From Piromyces finnis finn (taxonomy: Eukaryota > Fungi > Neocallimastigomycota), in NCBI GenBank assembly GCA_002104945.1, contig MCFH01000013.1:434001-498000 (forward strand): 64,000 bases of DNA, read 5' to 3'. Numbering within the stretch: position 1 is the stretch's first letter; each line of letters begins with the position of its first letter. The notes under the pieces are model-generated. The model saw only the letters and a program-made list of their open reading frames with translations, was not told the origin of the DNA and searched no databases. Positions 50,565-64,000 of the stretch are shown here, in pieces. The position numbers and the translations under genes were made by a program.

Positions 50565-52687
50565 TGTGTTTTTTTTTTTTTCTAATATTTAATTTTTAAT
50601 TCTTTTATTTTATTTTTGTTTTTATTATTGATATATTTTTATTTTATATATTTTTTTACTGTAATATTTATAAATATATACAATTATTATAAATATTATT
50701 AATTTGTCTTTTTTAGTCGTAGTTATAAACCTTTTTTTTTTTTTGGTTTAAAAATATAATACTATTATTTTTTATGGTGGAAAATTTTAAAAGTATTATA
50801 TTTGTACTTTTATTATAAAAATATATTTAATAATTCTTTCTTCCTGTAAAAAAATTATTTTTTTTTATTGTTTTTATATTCTATCTTAATCCAATATATA
50901 TAAGAGCTTTTTAAGAATACAAATTTTTATTCTTAATAATATCTTTAAATATATTGTTGATTTTACAGTGATTGAATTTGAAATTAGTGGAATAATGTGA
51001 ATTAGAAATTACTATTCAATTCTTTCTCGAATTCTAAATAATATAAATATTATAAAATATTTATATAACATTATATATAGGTTAGTAAATGAAGATTTAT
51101 AATTGTTAATTATTTCTTTTAAAATAAATAAATAAAAAAAAGAATATTTAATAAAATTATGTTTTTATAAAATGTTTCTATAAAATGTTTTTATATTTAA
51201 TATTAATAAAAGTGATTTGTATATTTTTTAATAAAATATTTTAATTGAAAAACACGAATCAATAAAATAGGAATAAAAAGATAATAAAGTAATAAAAATA
51301 CATTTATCTAATAAAAAAAATGCTTTTGTTTGTTTTCTTGCTTTCTCTTGAAATATTATTAATAACTATAAAATTGCATTGCATTTCAATTTCAATACTA
51401 CTTTTATATACCTTTTTAAAAAAAAAGTTTTTCTAATAAACAATCTTTAAATATTTTATTGTTTATTTTTCTGCTTTATGTTCTTTTAAAGTTTAAACGG
51501 GTAATAAATGAATAGTATCGATAACTATTTTAAAAGTAATCTAACTTTTAAAAGTATCCTTAAGATTAACTTTTATATTCCAACCTTTTTTTTATTATCT
51601 TTGTTAAGTTTTTTTTTTTTATATATTCTTTATTTTACTTTATATATATTTAATAAAAAAAATTTTTTTTTTAAAAAAATCAATTTCAAATTTTTAAACT
51701 TTGAATATAAATTATAATATATTCATGAATTAACTTTGATTATATTTCATTAATAGATTAGTTTATAATTTATTATAAATTTTTAATCTAGTTTATGTGT
51801 ATATTAGTTTGTTTATTAATTAATTTTTAATTAAATATTATATGTCATAGTATAAAATAAATATAAAAAAATATATAATTATCTATTTATTTAAATATAT
51901 TATAAATATTCACTTAGTTATGATAATGGTGTTGATGCTATTTATTAAAAAAAATTTTAATAAACTTTTTACATTTTAATATATTTAAAATATATTTTAC
52001 TATATATTTTTTAATTTAATTTAATTAGTTTGTTATATATCAATTAACTTTAAAATATATTATCAATAAATTAATTTTAAATATATCATATAAAAAAATA
52101 GTTTAATACAAATGTTTAAAAATAAATATACTACTATTTATATAATATACTATTATTTAAATCATAAAATATATTACTAATTAATTAATAATATATTAAT
52201 AGATTTGTTTTTTGTATTACAATTTAAAAAAAAAAAACATTTTTTTTTGGTATATTTTAAAAAAAAAAGTGGTTGTTTGGTGGTAGGTAGTAATAATCCC
52301 AATTAGAAAAAAAAAAAAGAGACCTTTATAATTATTTTAAAAAATAAATGAATTGGAATACAACGTCAAAGTCAATAGTAAATAGTAAATAATAATTATT
52401 TATAGAGAGAAATAATAATATTTTAAATGAAATTCATTATTATTAGTATTAGAAATAATAATTTAAATCATGTTATTTTAATGAGTTTGCCTTTATATAA
52501 GCATTAAAAATATCACGAAATTAGCACAAAACAATTAAATAGTTAAAAATACCTTCCAGTTAATTTTAAATAAAAAAATATTAATAAAAATAATCATAAG
52601 ATCCTTTTCTCCAGTAAAGGAGAAAAAAATATCATATCATTCTTTTAATTAATTTTGAATTTGATATATAACTAGTATTTAAAAACT

Positions 52688-52770
52688 AGTTAATGTTTAG
52701 AATGATTAATTTTGAATTTGATATTCACTAAATATAACAAATTCAAAATTAATCATTATAAACATTAACT
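52688..52770. repeat. Near-perfect 33-bp inverted repeat (1 mismatch) with a 17-nt spacer
   Basis: Left arm agttaatgtttagaatgattaattttgaatttg (52688-52720). The right arm (52738-52770) reverse-complements to agttaatgtttataatgattaattttgaatttg. Confidence 0.9.
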
Positions 52771-55700
52771 CTAATTACCATTTTATAATAATGCTACATA
52801 TTAATAAGCTGACTGACTTTATAATAATTATTCATTTATTTGTTTAATTATTATATAATAATAGATAATTAAGAACTTGAATCTTTATAAATGGTTTTCT
52901 AGTATTAATACCGGGATAAGAATACATTTAGTATTCATTATTATTAAACTTTTTTTTTTCTTTCTTTTCATCATCCTCATTTTACATTTTCCTAAAATCA
53001 TTTTTGTAAATATAAAATAGTATAATTAAAATTTAGCCAATAAAATTTTAGCTTTTCAAAAATGAATGAAACTTTATTAAATATAAAAAATAAGCCATTT
53101 TATTTACATTATTCAATCCTGAAAAAAAAGTGATGGTGGTATATGGTGGAAGAATAAAGAAAAGAAATGATTCTTTGTATAAAATAAGCAAGAATTACCT
53201 TTAAATTTATTATTCACAGCAAAATAATAAAATTACATAAAATGAAAATAATAATATATAAATTATTACTAATCATTGTAGCTTTAAATAATTATACATT
53301 TATGTAGTATGCTAATAATACTATTAAATAATTCATTCACTATTCAATACTACCCTCGATTATTCGATTATGTATCAAATCTTCATTTAAATCTCTTTCA
53401 TAATTTATTAGTTTTACTGTTTAACATTTAAATTTCTTTTATCGTTTAAATTTCTTTTATCGCTTTTATGGATTATTAGGTCTTACAACATACATTCAAT
53501 AACTTTTTCTTTTCATAAACAATAATAACTACTCTATTTATATTATATAATAAAACGTTCTTTTTATTCTGTTACATTTTATTAATTCTTAAAAACTCAG
53601 TTTTTCAAATCTTTTAAAAAAAATAATAAATTTAATATATTTAAATTCAATAATTTATTAATAGTATATTACAAATATATTAAATCTTTAATAAAAAAAA
53701 AAGTTAACACTATTATTCCAATAATTAGTTTATATTTAAATTTTTTTTTAAAAAAAAATAATAGACTTTTTAAGATTGAAAAAGGAAAAGGATGGTTTAT
53801 CACTTTATTCTTTTTACAGTATAATAAAAAAAAAAGTGGTATTTTCAAAGTAAGAATAGTATAAATAGTAATAAATAAAAATTTATAGTGAAATGGCTTA
53901 GAATGAATAAACCTCCTTTATCATAATAAATAAAGTTATTATTTATATAATTTAGGTATAAATCGAATGATACCTAAATTTTAATTAAATTATTACTATT
54001 ATTAATTCTTTTGAGACTATTTATATTTTTTGGTGTAACCATTGACATGTTTTTTTTTTTAATCTATAAATTACAAATTGTACTACATTTACATTAATTA
54101 ATGTACAATAATCATAATGTATCTAAAAAAAGTAGATTAAATTTTAAAAAGAAAAAAAAAGAGATGATCAATTGACATGAAAATATTGGTTGTTTATACA
54201 ATAAAAGAAATAATAATGACAATTAGTAATAAGGTAAAAAAAAAAAAAAAAGGTAGACCCTAAAAGAATGGTTTTTTAAAACAATTTATTTCATCATCAT
54301 CAACATTCTATTTACCAAAAAAAAAAAAAAGAAATAAAAAATATTTTGTTTAAAAAAAAGATTTCTTATTCAACTAAATGCTTATATATCGAATAGGATG
54401 ATATAAATAAAAATGTTTATTTCTATATTATTTTTTTTTAATCTCATACCCTCTCTAGAATATGTTTTTCAATTATAATTATTCATTAGTATTAGCATAT
54501 TTTAAATCTATACTAAAATGACTTTTTTTTTAGCACTACCAAAATACCAAATCATCATACCATTGAAAGGCACGTTTTTTATTTTTTGTTTTTTTTTTTT
54601 CTATTGTACATCGTATATTATTGATTAGAGTTTAATATAAAAACTTTATCATTAATAATAATATAAAAAAAAATTAATAAATATTCTGGTATCACAAAAA
54701 AAAACACAGAAAATAAATTGAAAAAATTCTATTGTAAAATTATTATTTTAAAATTTAAAAAAAGTGAATTTTAATTAGTAAAATACCATTAAAATAATTA
54801 ATAAAAAGAATTTTATTAATAATTAACAACAATAATATGGGCGGCTTCATACAAATGATCATTGATTATCGATTATAGAATAATAGAATAAAAAAATATT
54901 ATTATTATTTTAGGTTGCATTTGTTCTATTAAAAATTATCTTAAACCTTAAAACATATCTATGTGGAAATAGTATATTTTATTTTAGCATGTGATATATC
55001 ATATGATATTTTAATGTTTTAATTTTTTTTTTAATTTGAACATTACACTATTATCAATGAACCATTTTAAAAAAAACTAATATTATAAAATTAAAATAAT
55101 ATAATTAACTAACAAGTCTTTAATTATAATATAATAATTAACAAGAAAAAACAAAAAGCAGTATAATAATATAATTACTGACTTGTAAGCTAATTACAAC
55201 ATGATAATTAATATAAAAAAAAAATAGTAAAATAATATGATATAAATTTTATATTTTATTATGTAAAATAATATTTATTTTTTTTATGATGTAACTTTTA
55301 TACAATATCAATATAAAAAAAGAAATATTCTAACAATGATAAAACGCATACTTTTTATTATTTAATAACATTATTTTTATTTATTCTTTTTAAATTATAT
55401 AACTTTATTCCAAAAATATGTATATAAATAAAATCTTTTTTTGTGTGAGGTGTATCTTATGTATATAATTAAAGATGTTATTAAAAAAAAAAAAAAAAAA
55501 GGAAACAAAATTGAATTAACATTGATACGATAAAGATTGTAGCATTGTGCAATATTTACATAATAAAAAAAAATTGAAATAGAAACTCAAAATTTGTTAT
55601 ATATATAATTGGTTTAATAATAAATGTATAAACAATTCAATTCATATGTTTATACTATTTAAAAAAAATAATAAATATTAAAATAAATAGAGGTTTTCAT

Positions 55701-55856
55701 TATATATATAAATAAATGGTTTTAAATAGGATATTTTAAAAAGTAGAATATACAATAGTTTTAAATTGTTTTTTTAGAGTTAATATTTAATAGCTTCTTG
55801 GATGTATAGTATCAATTTGATTCTTTTATTTTTTTTAATTTTATATTGATAATGAA

Positions 55857-62478
<6,622 letters not shown>

Positions 62479-62734
62479 TTCTTTCTTTCTTTTTTGAATA
62501 AATATATAAATGTAAAATGTAATATTATCACTTTATTAATTATACAATATTATATATTGATATTCTTTATTTCATTTGAAATGATATTTTAGAATTTAAC
62601 TTAAAAAAAAAAACCTACTATATAAAATAATTAAACTATTACAGTATATATTTTAAAAGAAAATTTATTATTGTAACAAAAAACAGTTTAATATATAATA
62701 ATATCCTTTACTACATTTAATGTTTTTATTATTG

Positions 62735-62774
<40 letters not shown>

Positions 62775-64000
62775 ATCCTATTTCCTATATTTAACACTGA
62801 ATTAACAAAGTAAAAAAAAAAAAAAAGAATAAAAAGAAAGAATATTTCTAAAAATTTTTTTATATATAAATAAAGTTTTGGTAATTAATTTAATATAAAA
62901 AAAATTAATTAAAATCTTTTTTATGTTATTAAAAAAATTTTAATTTTATAGATTTATTTTTTTTTTTTTTTTAATATAAAAACTTTATTAAATAATAAAA
63001 AAAAAAGTGTATTTTAATTAATTTCAATCATTTGAAAACTTGTCATTAGAAAAAAAAATGAAAAGAAATGAAATATATAAAATAAAATTAGAATAATTAT
63101 GTATAAAAAAAATAAAAATTGTTATTATATATATATATATTTTATATATATGTTATATAATATTATGTTAATAAAATATTTAAAAATTTATTTTTGATTT
63201 TAATATTATATATTTATTAAAAATAATTAAACTCTGCATATTAAACTAATTTTTTTCTTTATTTTATATTATTCATTTGTTGTACTGTTTTTTTCCATTT
63301 ATAAAATAATTATTATGTTTATTATTTCATTTTAAATGATTATATTGAAAGTTATTATAAAAAATATTTTTTATAACAATTATAGAGTCATTTCATTCAT
63401 CAAAATATAAAAAAAAATAAACTAAAAAAAAAAAGTGAAAAGTATTAATTAATTAGTATTATTATTATTATTTAATAATTAATATAAAATAAAAAAGATT
63501 ATTTTTCATTATTGAAATTAGTATTATTTATTGGCTTGTTAAACCTTAAATGAAAATTTATTTTAATCTTTTTTTTTTTTAATTTTGTTATTTTCCTATC
63601 TGATAAAAAGTATTTCACATAAAAAAATCTATATATATAATAAAATAGGTAAAAGAAAACTTTTCTTCTAGATAGTTAAATATATATATATATATTTCAA
63701 AAATGAATAGACCTTACTTTAATGATTCTTCATAGTATTTTCATACTAAATGTCACCAAAATACTAATGAAAGCATTTTTTTTTTTTTTCAAAGAAAAAA
63801 TAAATATAATTATTATTATATATAAAAAAAAATTGCTTTTATCATTATTCTTATTGTTGTTATTATTATTATTTTTATTATTTATTTATTTATTTATTTT
63901 GCTTTTTGTTTTTTATAATATTAAAAGAAATAATATCAATTATTATTAATTAATTAATTAATTATATAAATAATTTCTACTTTAAAAAAACATTCTTTTA

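Noticed and set aside
53427-54105. 18-bp tandem duplication (53427-53462), 11-bp hairpin (53949-53980) and a 16-bp palindrome near 54090
   Set aside because: Short and AT-rich; compatible with slippage or chance, with no associated element features.

Overview
Extremely AT-rich, intron-containing eukaryotic genomic DNA with short GT-AG introns, poly-A/T tracts and many microsatellites. The composition and the fungal gene set suggest an anaerobic gut fungus (Neocallimastigomycota); this is an inference. Splicing the ORF fragments by hand gives 12 protein-coding genes: a 5'-truncated >2,670-aa PHD-finger protein, a GRAB-domain golgin (Rud3/GMAP-210), Rad4/XPC, an intronless viperin (RSAD2), an Ecl1-family protein, a Hook/Hok1 adaptor, an orphan membrane protein, a C2CD6/ALS2CR11 (CatSper-tau)-like C2 protein, a beta-propeller protein, an intronless ankyrin-like protein, an SPX-RING E3 ligase ending in a CaaX motif, and a class IV-type chitin synthase. 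The most unusual results are (1) the chitin synthase splices in frame to an N-terminal ankyrin-repeat module via a ~100-residue poly-Asn linker, (2) the intact, intronless viperin antiviral radical-SAM gene, and (3) the CatSper-tau-like gene. No tRNA, rRNA, CRISPR array or coding transposon was seen. Family assignments come from motif recognition and recalled sequences, not from database searches.
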